Of a DNA stretch of 64,000 nt, positions 1-10,012 are shown one piece after another (within the stretch, counting starts at the first letter, position 1; each line of letters starts with the position of its first letter). Where the stretch lies: the NCBI GenBank assembly GCA_037130365.1, contig JBAXTE010000009.1, positions 4,452-68,451 on the forward strand. The letters are read 5' to 3'. The position numbers and the translations under genes were made by a program. Source of the DNA: Bacteroidota bacterium (GTDB lineage: Bacteria; Bacteroidota; Bacteroidia; Bacteroidales; WCHB1-69). Under the pieces are notes generated by a model. The model did no database searches. It worked only from the letters and a program-made list of their open reading frames with translations, and had not been told where the DNA came from.

Positions 1-1
1 C

Positions 2-1177
2 AAAATTACAAAAAAGCTTTCTGATTCAACTTCTGCATTTACTGTAGGATTAATGCTGGCTATGTTATGGGTATTTCCTTGGCTTAGCGTTCGTTCGATG
101 GTAGAAATTGTGTCGATTCCATTTCTGATGTTTTCGATTTGGAGTATTGTAAAAAAAGAGGCTATTGATCTTGAAAAATCATGGCTTCCATTCTTTATAA
201 GTGGCTTATGGAGCGGTATTGCATTTTCTGTTCGCTTCCAAGTGGCTTTTTTTATTCTTGGCTTAGGATTGGTGATTTTGTTCCAAAAAGGCTTTTTAAA
301 AGCTGTCTGGTTTACTATGGGTTTCCTAATTACGGTGTCAATCACACAAGGTATTATCGATTTTATGATCTGGAAACGCCCGTTTGTAGAATTTACCGAA
401 TATGTAAATTATAATTTGGTTCATAAAGGCGATTACCCTAACGGTCCGTGGTACAATTACTTTTTGGTAATTATGGGGTTGATTATCCCCCCAATAAGCT
501 TTTTAATGCTTGCTGGGATTGTAAAATCATGGAAACGGTTGCTAATCATATTCTTACCTATGTTTTTGTTTTTTGCATTTCACTCATACTTTCCAAACAA
601 ACAAGAGCGTTTTATCTTGCCCATTTTACCTTTTGTAATCATACTTGGTGTAATTGGCTGGCGAGAACTTAGAGGGGAAGGAAAATTCAAATGGTTTTCG
701 CCAAAAGCTGAAAGAATTGTGTGGAAAATTACTTTTGGAATAAATCTGATATTATTATTGGTGATTTCAACCATGTATTCAAAAAAATCAAGAGTTGAAT
801 CGATGTTGTATTTGTCTAATTATCAAGATGTTCATAGTTTTTTAATTGAAAATACGGTAGATAATATGACGTTGTGGTCGCCAATATTCTTCACTGATCA
901 ATATCCAATCGAATACTCTATTACTCAAAATAATCCAATAGATTCCTTATTACCCCCATGGAATAAAGCCGATGAACCTAGATTTGTATTCTTTTTTACA
1001 CTCGAAAACCTCGATAATCGGGTTAATCACGTAAAATCGGTAATCCCAAATTTGCAATATCAAACTACAATTTATCCTAGTTTTATTGATCAACTATTAT
1101 CGACAATCAATCCTGTGAATAAAAATTATATCGTAACTATATATAAAAATAACAGCTTTCAATTAATTCATAAATAA
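2..1177 (+). CDS. Polytopic membrane protein, glycosyltransferase-like (GT22/GT39-type architecture suspected); 5' end outside window
   Basis: The frame is open from nt 2 with no stop before the first listed Met at 53, so the gene begins upstream of the window. The product is mostly hydrophobic helices (e.g. FFISGLWSGIAFSVRFQVAFFILGLGLVILF, YFLVIMGLIIPPISFLMLAGIV) followed by a soluble C-terminal part. The family call rests on architecture only. Confidence 0.5.
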   Translation, partial: KITKKLSDSTSAFTVGLMLAMLWVFPWLSVRSMVEIVSIPFLMFSIWSIVKKEAIDLEKSWLPFFISGLWSGIAFSVRFQVAFFILGLGLVILFQKGFLKAVWFTMGFLITVSITQGIIDFMIWKRPFVEFTEYVNYNLVHKGDYPNGPWYNYFLVIMGLIIPPISFLMLAGIVKSWKRLLIIFLPMFLFFAFHSYFPNKQERFILPILPFVIILGVIGWRELRGEGKFKWFSPKAERIVWKITFGINLILLLVISTMYSKKSRVESMLYLSNYQDVHSFLIENTVDNMTLWSPIFFTDQYPIEYSITQNNPIDSLLPPWNKADEPRFVFFFTLENLDNRVNHVKSVIPNLQYQTTIYPSFIDQLLSTINPVNKNYIVTIYKNNSFQLIHK

Positions 1178-1183
1178 AGAGTT

Positions 1184-3229
1184 ATGACAAACGAAGAAGC
1201 GTTTTTACGAATTGACTTTTTAACCCAAGAACTAAATAAACATAATTATCAATATTACGTTTTAGATAATCCTTCTATTTCCGATTATGATTTTGATATG
1301 CTCCTTAATGAGCTGATATTATTAGAAAAAACTTTCCCTCAATATCGACATGATGATTCTCCTTCTCAGCGAGTTGGGGGCGAAGTGATGAAGAAATTTG
1401 AACAGGTTAAACATAAGTTTCCTATGCTGTCGTTAGGAAATACATATTCAGAAATTGAAGTTGCTGATTTTTATAATCGAATATCTTCGGATGCAATTGC
1501 GCAATCAAAGGCAATAGAGTACGTTTGTGAGCTTAAATTTGATGGAACTGCAATTAGCTTATGGTACGAAAAAGGATTGCTTGTACGTGCGGTTACTCGT
1601 GGCGACGGTGTTCAGGGTGACGATGTTACTCATAATATCAAAACCATTCCTTCAATTCCACTTAAACTTCAGGGTGATTTTCCTTCTTCCTTTGAAATTC
1701 GTGGAGAAGTAATCATGCCTCATAAAAGCTTCGAAATGCTTAATATTCAGCGTATAGACGATGGATATCAACCATTTGCAAATCCGCGAAATGCTGCATC
1801 AGGTAGCCTTAAAATGCTTGACTCAAAAGAAGTGGCTAAACGAAAATTAGATTGCTTTTTATATGGAATTTATAGTGATAATTTATCGTTTAACACGCAT
1901 TCCGAAACTCTACAAGCTGCTCAAAGATGGGGTTTTAAGGTGTCGCCACATTTTGAAGTTCATAATTCGTTACAAGGAATCTATGATTTTATACATGAAT
2001 GGGATTCAAAAAGAAAAAATCTCCCATTCGATACCGATGGTGCGGTAATTAAAGTGGATGATTTTCTAATTCAAAAACAATTGGGATTTACCGCAAAAAC
2101 CCCACGGTGGGCTGTGGCATACAAATATAAAGCAGAACGTGCACTTACCCAATTGGTGAGTGTCGATTTTCAAGTGGGCCGAACTGGGGCAGTTACTCCT
2201 GTTGCCAATTTAGTCCCTGTTGCTCTGGGCGGAACCACGGTTAAGCGCGCTACTCTTCACAATGCTGATGTGATACAAAATCTTGATTTACACCACTATG
2301 ATTTTGTATATCTTGAAAAAGGAGGCGAAATTATTCCAAAAATTGTAAGTGTAGAACTTTCAAAACGACTTACTGGTGCTCCTGTCGTTGATTTTATCTC
2401 AACCTGCCCCGAATGTAATACTCCGTTGATTAGAGTGGATGGTGAAGCTGCCAATTATTGTCCAAACACCGATAATTGTCCTCCCCAAATTAAAGGGAAA
2501 TTGGAACATTTTATCGGAAGAAAAGCGATGAATATCGATAGCTTGGGGGAAGGAAAAATTGAACTTCTTTTTGATCAAAAAATAATCAAAAATTTTGCAG
2601 ATTTATACCAACTTACCTACGAAAAGCTCATTGGTCTGGAGAAAATTATAGCCACAGCAGATGCGGCAGACCGAAAAATGAGCTTTAGAGAGAAAACCGT
2701 TTCAAATATCCTCGACGCCATCGAAAAATCAAAAAGTGTTCCTTTCGAGCGAGTGCTTTTTGCGCTAGGAATTAGATTTGTAGGCGAAACAGTAGCTAAA
2801 AAGATTGCTCGATCGATGAAGAATATTCAGCAAATTAAATCGGCAATTGTCGAAGATTTTATCGCAATTGATGATGTTGGAATACAAATCGCTAATTCAA
2901 TTGTTGATTATTTAAAGAATCCTATTCATCTAGAAATGATAGATCAATTAATTGCTTCAGGACTTCAGTTTGAAGTAGTTGAACAGGAAATCATGAACGA
3001 CATATTGTTAGGAAAATCATTTGTAGTTAGTGGCAAATTCACCATCCCAAGAGACGATTTAAAGTCGATGATTGAGAAGAATGGAGGTAAAAATGTGAGC
3101 TCCATTTCATCAAAAACAGATTATGTTCTTGCTGGAGAAAGCATGGGCCCCGAGAAGTTTAAAAAAGCGCAATCGCTTAATATTCCGATAATTTCAGAAG
3201 AGGATTTCAATATTATGATTAATAAATAA
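1184..3229 (+). CDS. ligA: NAD-dependent DNA ligase LigA
   Basis: 681-aa ORF with the KxDG adenylation motif (CELKFDGTAIS), a four-Cys zinc finger (CPECNTPL...CPNTDNCPP), a helix-hairpin-helix region and a C-terminal BRCT-like segment (GKSFVVSGKF...). Confidence 0.97.
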   Translation: MTNEEAFLRIDFLTQELNKHNYQYYVLDNPSISDYDFDMLLNELILLEKTFPQYRHDDSPSQRVGGEVMKKFEQVKHKFPMLSLGNTYSEIEVADFYNRISSDAIAQSKAIEYVCELKFDGTAISLWYEKGLLVRAVTRGDGVQGDDVTHNIKTIPSIPLKLQGDFPSSFEIRGEVIMPHKSFEMLNIQRIDDGYQPFANPRNAASGSLKMLDSKEVAKRKLDCFLYGIYSDNLSFNTHSETLQAAQRWGFKVSPHFEVHNSLQGIYDFIHEWDSKRKNLPFDTDGAVIKVDDFLIQKQLGFTAKTPRWAVAYKYKAERALTQLVSVDFQVGRTGAVTPVANLVPVALGGTTVKRATLHNADVIQNLDLHHYDFVYLEKGGEIIPKIVSVELSKRLTGAPVVDFISTCPECNTPLIRVDGEAANYCPNTDNCPPQIKGKLEHFIGRKAMNIDSLGEGKIELLFDQKIIKNFADLYQLTYEKLIGLEKIIATADAADRKMSFREKTVSNILDAIEKSKSVPFERVLFALGIRFVGETVAKKIARSMKNIQQIKSAIVEDFIAIDDVGIQIANSIVDYLKNPIHLEMIDQLIASGLQFEVVEQEIMNDILLGKSFVVSGKFTIPRDDLKSMIEKNGGKNVSSISSKTDYVLAGESMGPEKFKKAQSLNIPIISEEDFNIMINK

Positions 3230-3317
3230 GCTCTTTCAACCTTTTATTTTTCAGACTTTAAACGACATTTCGGCTTTTTTTCATAATTTTGCCGATTATC
3301 TTAATACTTTTATTCAA

Positions 3318-4235
3318 TTGAAAAATCACAAAACTAAAATTACTCTTTTTGCTTTTTTATCAATGCTTTGCTGGGGTTTATCATTTGTTTGGTCCAAAGT
3401 AGTCTTTAAATATTACGATCCAATAACTACAATAACACTTCGATTAATAATTTCATCGATAATATTATTTGCAATAATTTTTATTTTCTATCGTAAAGAG
3501 ATTATTCCCCTAGGTAAAGATTTAAAATGGTTTCTTTTACTAGCGTTTTTTGAGCCTTTTTTATACTTTATAGGAGAGAGCTTTGGTTTACAGAAAGTTG
3601 ATGCCACCATTACTTCTGTTATTATTTCAACAATTCCAGTGTTTACAGCCATCATAGGATATTATTTTCTGAAAGAGAAGCTCACGTTTATTAATTTCTT
3701 TGGAATTATCATCTCATGCTCGGGTGTAGTTATTATGATGCTAAATAAAGAGATGAAATTCAATGCTCCATTAGATGGTATATTATTGATTCTTCTAGCT
3801 GTTTTTGCTGCAATTAATTATGGTGTTGTGATGAAAAAAATTAGCACAAAGTTCCATCCAATATATATGATTGCTATTCAGAATGTGATTGGAACTTTAC
3901 TATTTTTGCCATTTTTCTTAATATTTGGGTTTACTAATTTCATCAAAGTAACACCAAATTTCGAACTCATGTACTCTTTGGTCTTCTTATCCATTTTCGC
4001 ATCGTCTATCGCATTTATCTTATACACATACGTAGTTCGGGATTTAGGTTTAGCAAAAGCAAATATATTTACTAATTTCATCCCAGTGTTTACGGCTATT
4101 GGAGCCTTTTTTATTCTAAACGAAGGATTTACAGTAATGAAAGTAATTGGAATTGTAATTACCATTTCAGGAGTTTATTTAAGCCAAAGGACGGTGAAAA
4201 ACTTTAAAAATCGCAAATTAACTGCTGATAATTAA
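3318..4235 (+). CDS. EamA/DMT-family transporter
   Basis: 305 aa with about ten hydrophobic helices arranged as two similar halves, typical of drug/metabolite transporters. The TTG start comes from the ORF track, and an internal ATG start cannot be excluded. Confidence 0.8.
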   Translation: MKNHKTKITLFAFLSMLCWGLSFVWSKVVFKYYDPITTITLRLIISSIILFAIIFIFYRKEIIPLGKDLKWFLLLAFFEPFLYFIGESFGLQKVDATITSVIISTIPVFTAIIGYYFLKEKLTFINFFGIIISCSGVVIMMLNKEMKFNAPLDGILLILLAVFAAINYGVVMKKISTKFHPIYMIAIQNVIGTLLFLPFFLIFGFTNFIKVTPNFELMYSLVFLSIFASSIAFILYTYVVRDLGLAKANIFTNFIPVFTAIGAFFILNEGFTVMKVIGIVITISGVYLSQRTVKNFKNRKLTADN

Positions 4236-4307
4236 TCTACTAGCATAAAAAGATAGCAATGTGTGATAAAAGTTCTTCAAATGCTTGTGTATTCGAAATA
4301 GAATTAT

Positions 4308-4315
4308 TAATTTTG
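4308..4315 (+). promoter_or_regulatory. Bacteroidota-type -7 promoter box (TAATTTTG) upstream of tRNA-Met
   Basis: TAATTTTGCAC matches the TAnnTTTG consensus and lies 21 nt upstream of the tRNA. The identical 11-mer precedes the SRP RNA at 42278. Confidence 0.55.
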
Positions 4316-4335
4316 CACTCTTAATTCTAAAATAT

Positions 4336-4409
4336 GGCGGGATAGCTCAGTTGGTTAGAGCGTCGGATTCATAACCCGGAGGTCACGAGTTCAACTCTCG
4401 TTCCCGCTA
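4336..4409 (+). tRNA. tRNA-Met (anticodon CAU); a lysidine-modified tRNA-Ile2 cannot be excluded from sequence alone
   Basis: A cloverleaf folds by hand. The acceptor stem is GGCGGGA/TCCCGCT (G1:U72 wobble) and the D arm is GCTC-AGTTGGTTA-GAGC. The anticodon stem flanks the loop TTCATAA, the T arm is ACGAG-TTCAACT-CTCGT, and the discriminator is A. The D and T arms resemble elongator tRNA-Met. Confidence 0.9.
4358..4373 (+). repeat. 16-bp tRNA segment (D-stem 3' side to anticodon loop) that recurs at 23905-23920
   Basis: GAGCGTCGGATTCATA is an exact match to 23905-23920, and the match extends to 19 bp with one mismatch. Confidence 0.7.
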
Positions 4410-6009
4410 CAACAAGGGACTTTTCAGAAATACTCTGATTAAGTCCCTTTTCTTTTCCCTCTAAAACCCTTGTCAAATCACGGATGTAGCTAAAAAATGA
4501 GTTAATATTTTCGGTTAGATATACCCTTTTTTTCACATCTAACTTCAAACCATCAGGAAACACGATTTTTTGTATCATTCTTTTTGTTGAAATACTCCCA
4601 GACATCCAGTATTTACTAATGTTTTGAACTATCTCAAAAGAAATATTTATGTAATTTGAGAGGTTAGATATGTTGATTTTACTTTTCTCCAATTTGTCTT
4701 TAATTCCATTAATATTACCGTCTAATTCATTATTATATTTGTCAAAAAGAACTTTTGATAAGCCATCATAAACGTATTTTCGTTCCAAATCTTCTTTTTT
4801 ATTTACAAGTTCTGTGAGTTGTGTTTTTAAAAGTATTTCTTCAGTCGCACTCTCACTATTCATTGTATCAAATGTCTGTTTTAATTGCAGTTTAAACGGT
4901 TCTAAATAACGTTCTTCTAATTGGTAGGTGGCAAGTAAGTTTTTGAATAAATCATGAGCACCTTCTTTTTTTGCAAATGGAGTTGTGTTAGCGTTAATAC
5001 TAATCCCTTTGCATTTAAGGCATTTATAATAATGTACATTTTTCTTTTTGATAATATATCCTACCATTTTTGAACCGCATTCTGCGCAATATATATGTCC
5101 ATTTAGAGGTCTATCAGGATTTAGTTTTTCTTGCTTGTATATTGTTCGTTTTCCATCTAGCTTGTCATTTAAAGCTAAAAAATCCTCTTCTGAAACCATC
5201 TTTTGCCATCTGCCTTGTGCAACTTCACCACCGAGCATTTTATTGTTGCAAATCCCGCAATAAAAAGGGTTTCTCCAAAGTTTACTCAGTTTTTTTGCAT
5301 TGATTTTCAATCCCATTAGTAACAGCCTTTTTGAAATACTAACATCACTTTCGTTTTGCATTTTCCAGCCCCAAGCTTGTTGTAATAAGCACCCTATATC
5401 ATTTAAAACAATTTTTTGTTCTGGTCTTACTTTTGTGTAGTCTTTCACTCGTGGCCCATAATGGTCATATCCAAGTGGTACATTCCCAAGCCAGTTACCA
5501 TTTTCTAGGTGCTTTTTCATGCCTGGAATTGAAACCGCTAATTTGTTTAATGTTTCTTCTCTTGCCTTTAATAATTTGCCATACAAAGCCAATTTGCCTT
5601 CTTCTGTTAAAGTATTGTCACCAGAAGATACTTCAATAATATTTACGCCTATTTCATGTAGTTCAAAAGCCCATCTTACACCACCACCACCCGAACGAGA
5701 AAAGCGGCTCATTACATAAATCAATATCGCAAATGGTTTTTTCTTCATTTTTTTTATTTTCTCGATAAGGCGCATGAATTCTTTTCGTGAAATATCCCCA
5801 CTTGCACTTTCGTATGTGCCACCAAAATAGTCGGTTATGTTATAGTTGTTTGTTTTTGCATACTTTTCAGCTGCAATTTTTTGGTTTTCAAGGCTATGGT
5901 TTGTACTTTGGTCTTTCGATGAAACCCTAGTATACACCATTACACTCAAATTTTCCTCTTTTATTTCAATTGCACCTTTGGCAAATTTTTTAAATGCATC
6001 TAAGCTCAT
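4369..6009 (-). CDS. Large serine recombinase (integrase)
   Basis: 546 aa with an N-terminal resolvase-type catalytic domain and Ser nucleophile context (VMVYTRVSSKDQ). It also has a recombinase domain, a Cys-rich zinc ribbon (CAECGSKM...YYKCLKCKG) and a long helical C-terminal region. The last ~14 codons are the antisense of the tRNA-Met 3' half. Confidence 0.9.
   Translation of the reverse strand: MSLDAFKKFAKGAIEIKEENLSVMVYTRVSSKDQSTNHSLENQKIAAEKYAKTNNYNITDYFGGTYESASGDISRKEFMRLIEKIKKMKKKPFAILIYVMSRFSRSGGGGVRWAFELHEIGVNIIEVSSGDNTLTEEGKLALYGKLLKAREETLNKLAVSIPGMKKHLENGNWLGNVPLGYDHYGPRVKDYTKVRPEQKIVLNDIGCLLQQAWGWKMQNESDVSISKRLLLMGLKINAKKLSKLWRNPFYCGICNNKMLGGEVAQGRWQKMVSEEDFLALNDKLDGKRTIYKQEKLNPDRPLNGHIYCAECGSKMVGYIIKKKNVHYYKCLKCKGISINANTTPFAKKEGAHDLFKNLLATYQLEERYLEPFKLQLKQTFDTMNSESATEEILLKTQLTELVNKKEDLERKYVYDGLSKVLFDKYNNELDGNINGIKDKLEKSKINISNLSNYINISFEIVQNISKYWMSGSISTKRMIQKIVFPDGLKLDVKKRVYLTENINSFFSYIRDLTRVLEGKEKGLNQSISEKSLVVAGTRVELVTSGL
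4401..4412 (+). repeat. Left copy of the island direct repeat (attL core candidate)
   Basis: TTCCCGCTACAA is identical to 23828-23839, and the flanking bases differ on both sides. Confidence 0.75.
4414..4456 (+). terminator. Hairpin plus T-run directly after tRNA-Met, supplied by the island
   Basis: AAGGGACTT...AAGTCCCTT stem with an inner TCAG/CTGA pair, followed by TTCTTTT. It lies inside the 3' end of the antisense recombinase ORF. Confidence 0.6.
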
Positions 6010-6020
6010 TATTTTTTGTG

Positions 6021-6197
6021 TTAGTGTTTTTGTATATAAATTGAATAAGTTAGAATTGATAATTGATATAGCGTGTCGATTAATTTATTGGCTTCTTCAT
6101 CGCTTATATTTTCAAATCCTTTACACTTTTTTAGTTGTTCTATTTTTATTTTTCCATTTTCTTTTATTGGATTTTCATAATTTTCTGTAAAAGGCAT
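6021..6197 (-). CDS. Small hypothetical protein (58 aa) immediately upstream of the recombinase gene
   Basis: Hand-translated ORF below the track's length cut-off: MPFTENYENPIKENGKIKIEQLKKCKGFENISDEEANKLIDTLYQLSILTYSIYIQKH. It ends 11 nt before the recombinase start codon on the same strand. Confidence 0.3.
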   Translation of the reverse strand: MPFTENYENPIKENGKIKIEQLKKCKGFENISDEEANKLIDTLYQLSILTYSIYIQKH

Positions 6198-6290
6198 TTT
6201 CTAGTTTCCGAATATGTCTGCTCCAGATTTTTTCTATAAGCATTCGGGTTTTCATTACGCTTGAGGTCTTCAATACGATATCATTCATCT

Positions 6291-7301
6291 TTAAAATTTT
6301 ATTTTTGTGGTTCTAGTAAAGGTGACAAGTTTGCCATTTTCAGTTTTATATTTGATTTCTTGATAACCTTGCTTTAAAACATGGTCGCAGTAACGTGAAA
6401 CTATGTCTACTTTTTTGGGCGTTTCGGTAACTTCAACCAGATTTATTCTTTTGCCTTTGTAATTGATTGTTATTTGCATAATATCATCTTTTCGGATTAG
6501 CTCTAAAAGTTCTCTTTCTTCCTTTGTCAGTATTCCAAGGCTGCTAATTATTAATGCTTTTTTTTCACTTAATAAGTAGTTTTTAATAATATCTGTCAAT
6601 GATATTGTTAAATGTGGCTGTAAACATTTTTCTGCTTTGTTAGCTGTTGTAGCTTTATCATAAAACTCATTTGAATTATATGGAGCATATCTTTTATAAA
6701 GTGTATCATTGCCATCTTCTAGAAAATATGCATCACCATCTTTGAATATTACTAATTGCATATTAACTCGCATGATTATGCTTTCTTGTATTACATTGTT
6801 GAAATTATTTGTTGTTGCTTGAAAAACTAACATATTACTGATTGACTCAAGTTTGTCAATTGGAATATTTTTATTTTCCTCATATGTCAATAGGTAAGCT
6901 GTGTTAAGTGTTTTTAATGCTTGGTTCTTTAGTTCAATAGGGTATATTAATTCATCTTTTACTTTTTTGATTAGTGTCAGACTAAGTCCAAAATCTCTTA
7001 ACTCTTTTACAATTTGAATCCAGAGAAATTCCGTGAAATTTAATTTTGTCCATTTCAAATCGGCTCTTGAATATTCTAATAAAATCTCATTTTTTTTCCA
7101 ACTCATTAAATTTTTAGAACTTACCTCTGTGTTGCTAACCTTGTATATCGGGCATAACATTTTTGCTTCGAGTACCATAATGTTTTCGGGACTATCATCA
7201 CCTATACTTTTGTCATATGACTGTAATAACTTAATAAAATCAATTTCAATTTCTGTTTCAATGCCATCCTTCTCTAGAAATTTGGCCTTTAATTTTTTCA
7301 T
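6291..7301 (-). CDS. Hypothetical protein with a MerR/excisionase-like helix-turn-helix segment
   Basis: 336 aa. The segment SSKNLMSWKKNEILLEYSRADLKWTKLNFTEFLWIQIVKELRDFGLSLTLIKKVKDEL follows the MerR-type pattern (..Y.E..GLL....R....Y....DL..L..I..L...G.SL.EI). It lies upstream of the recombinase on the same strand. Confidence 0.45.
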   Translation of the reverse strand: MKKLKAKFLEKDGIETEIEIDFIKLLQSYDKSIGDDSPENIMVLEAKMLCPIYKVSNTEVSSKNLMSWKKNEILLEYSRADLKWTKLNFTEFLWIQIVKELRDFGLSLTLIKKVKDELIYPIELKNQALKTLNTAYLLTYEENKNIPIDKLESISNMLVFQATTNNFNNVIQESIIMRVNMQLVIFKDGDAYFLEDGNDTLYKRYAPYNSNEFYDKATTANKAEKCLQPHLTISLTDIIKNYLLSEKKALIISSLGILTKEERELLELIRKDDIMQITINYKGKRINLVEVTETPKKVDIVSRYCDHVLKQGYQEIKYKTENGKLVTFTRTTKIKF

Positions 7302-7522
7302 ATATAAATATTATTTTTGCGTTTTTACAAATATAAAAAAAATAAATGATAAATGCAACATTATAGTAATGTTTTATTTAATTAAATACAACCTTATGTG
7401 TGTGTTTTATAATGAAATCACTGAATCTTTATATCATTATTATTTTATATGTTTCTTCTCTTTCCGCTTTCAGTAAAATATAAATAGTCTCTTTTTTTCT
7501 TTTGCAAAGCGTTATTTTTTTA

Positions 7523-7530
7523 TATCTTTG
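7523..7530 (+). promoter_or_regulatory. Candidate -7 promoter box (TATCTTTG) for the hsd operon
   Basis: Matches TAnnTTTG and lies 27 nt upstream of the hsdR GTG start, in a divergent AT-rich intergenic region. Confidence 0.45.
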
Positions 7531-7556
7531 AACCTTCATCATATAATATTTCCAAA

Positions 7557-10010
7557 GTGGATAATAAAATCTTTTCAGAATCTGACATAAGAGCTAAATT
7601 CATCACACCAGCAATTAAAAATGCAGGGTGGGATGAGTCACAAATTCTGCGTGAAGATTACTTTACAGCTGGAAGAATCCTACATAAAGGAAAGCTACAT
7701 GCAAGAGGGAAAAAGAAAAGATACGATTATTTGCTTTGCTATAAAAGCGATATGCCACTTGCAATTGTGGAAGCTAAAGACAACAGACATACTGTGAGTT
7801 CTGGCATTCAACAGGCAATTGACTATGCAAATACACTTGATTTGCCATTTGCTTATTCTTCAAATGGTGAGGGTTTTTATGAATACGACCGTACATTGAC
7901 GAACGGCTGCTTGGAAAGAGAAATTACACTAGATGAATTTCCATCACCCGAAGAACTTTGGAACAGGTACAAAAAGTATAAAGGAATAGAAACTGCCGAA
8001 GTGGAGTCTATTGTTAAACAAGATTATTTTTTCGACCCCAAAGGTCGTGAACCCAGATATTATCAGCGTATTGCCATTAACAGAACTGTTGAAGCAGTTG
8101 CAAAAGGGGAGAACAGAATCCTACTTGTGATGGCTACTGGTACGGGGAAAACGTATACTGCATTCCAAATCATTCACCGCTTATGGAAAAGCGGAGCAAA
8201 AAGAAGAATCTTGTTTTTAGCTGATAGGACAGCATTAATTGACCAAACCCGAAGAGGTGATTTCAAGCACTTTAGAGATAAAATGACTATCATCAAAAAG
8301 AAAATGGTGACAGTCAAGGAAAATGGAATTACAAAGGAAACGTTGGTCTCTAACCACAAGCGTGGGATTGATTCGTCAGATAAAGCGTATGAAATATTTT
8401 TGGGATTATATCAAGGTTTGACTTCAATTGATGGTGTTGAAGATGCTTATAAAGATTTCTCACCCGATTTTTTCGACTTGATTATCATTGATGAGTGCCA
8501 CAGAGGAAGTGCAGATGCCGATAGTGCATGGCGTCAAATACTGACATATTTTTCAGCAGCAACTCATATAGGTTTAACAGCCACACCTAGAGAAACAAAA
8601 ACCATTTCCAATTCAGAATATTTTGGCGAACCAATTTACACTTATTCGCTAAAACAAGGGATTGAAGATGGTTTTCTAGCACCATACAAAGTAATTCGAG
8701 TCTCTCTAGATAAAGACTTGGAAGGTTACCGTCCCGAAAAAGGGAAAACCGATAAGCAAGGTCAGAATCTTGAAGATAGAGTTTATAATATCAAGGATTT
8801 TGACAGAAACATAGTGATTGATGAGCGTACAGAAATAGTTGCTAAGAAAATCACTGAGTTCCTAAAAGCGACCAATCGATTTGATAAAACAATTGTGTTT
8901 TGCATTGACATCGAACATGCAGACCGAATGCGAAACGCCCTAGTAAAAGAAAATATAGACCTAGCAACGGCAAATTCAAAGTATATCATGAAAATAACTG
9001 GAGATGACGAAGAAGGCAAACGAGAATTGGATGCGTTCATCAATCCCCAAGAAAAATATCCAGTAATTGCCACCACCTCCAAGCTGATGACCACAGGAGT
9101 CGATGCTCAAACTTGTAAATTGATTGTACTCGATTCCAACATTGCATCAATGACCGAATTCAAGCAAATTATCGGTCGGGGCACACGAATAAATGAAGAG
9201 TATGGTAAATTCTCATTTACGATTATGGACTTCCGTAATGTGACAGATTTGTTTTCCGACCCTACATTTGACGGAGACCCAGTTAAAATATACCAACCTA
9301 AACAAGACGACCCTGTTATTCCAGAGGATTTCACCGATTTTGATGAAACAGAAAATCTAACCAATCAGGAGAAAAACGAAATAATAGAAATAGATATTCC
9401 TGAAATAGGCACTGGCTCTTTAATAGAAAAGAAACCTGAAAAGCAACGAAAGATATATGTTAATGGTGTTCAAATCAGTGTGGTAAATGAGCGAGTTCAG
9501 TACTATGGTGCAGATGGAAAGCTGATAACAGAAAGCCTGAAAGATTATACGAGCAAAGCCATTAAAGAAACCTATCGTACACTTGATGATTTTTTGATTA
9601 AATGGAATTCAACCGAAAAAAAACAAGCAATTATTGATGAACTTCTTGAACAGGGAGTTTTTATTGAAGAGTTAGAAGAAAAAGTAGGAAAGGACTTAGA
9701 TTTTTTTGATTTAATATGTCATGTTGCTTTCGGAATGCCACCACTAACACGAAGAGAAAGAGCGGATAATGTCAAGAAAAGAAACTACTTCACTAAATAT
9801 GGAGAACAAGCACGAAAAGTAATAGATGCATTATTGGAGAAATATGCAGATGAAGGCATCGATAACATTGAAAATCTCGAAATACTGCAAGTTAAACCAT
9901 TAAGCGATTTTGGTTCAACAATTGAAATAGTAAATGGTATTTTTGGAAGCAGGGATAAATACCTGCAAGCGATAAAGGAATTGGAATACGAATTATATAA
10001 TATTGCATAA
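7557..10010 (+). CDS. hsdR: Type I restriction enzyme, R subunit
   Basis: 817 aa with an N-terminal PD-(D/E)xK nuclease motif (DYLLCY...AIVEAKD). SF2 helicase motifs are present: MATGTGKT (I), IIIDECHRG (II), LTATPRE (III) and QIIGRGTRI (VI). Confidence 0.95.
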   Translation: MDNKIFSESDIRAKFITPAIKNAGWDESQILREDYFTAGRILHKGKLHARGKKKRYDYLLCYKSDMPLAIVEAKDNRHTVSSGIQQAIDYANTLDLPFAYSSNGEGFYEYDRTLTNGCLEREITLDEFPSPEELWNRYKKYKGIETAEVESIVKQDYFFDPKGREPRYYQRIAINRTVEAVAKGENRILLVMATGTGKTYTAFQIIHRLWKSGAKRRILFLADRTALIDQTRRGDFKHFRDKMTIIKKKMVTVKENGITKETLVSNHKRGIDSSDKAYEIFLGLYQGLTSIDGVEDAYKDFSPDFFDLIIIDECHRGSADADSAWRQILTYFSAATHIGLTATPRETKTISNSEYFGEPIYTYSLKQGIEDGFLAPYKVIRVSLDKDLEGYRPEKGKTDKQGQNLEDRVYNIKDFDRNIVIDERTEIVAKKITEFLKATNRFDKTIVFCIDIEHADRMRNALVKENIDLATANSKYIMKITGDDEEGKRELDAFINPQEKYPVIATTSKLMTTGVDAQTCKLIVLDSNIASMTEFKQIIGRGTRINEEYGKFSFTIMDFRNVTDLFSDPTFDGDPVKIYQPKQDDPVIPEDFTDFDETENLTNQEKNEIIEIDIPEIGTGSLIEKKPEKQRKIYVNGVQISVVNERVQYYGADGKLITESLKDYTSKAIKETYRTLDDFLIKWNSTEKKQAIIDELLEQGVFIEELEEKVGKDLDFFDLICHVAFGMPPLTRRERADNVKKRNYFTKYGEQARKVIDALLEKYADEGIDNIENLEILQVKPLSDFGSTIEIVNGIFGSRDKYLQAIKELEYELYNIA

Positions 10011-10012
10011 CC

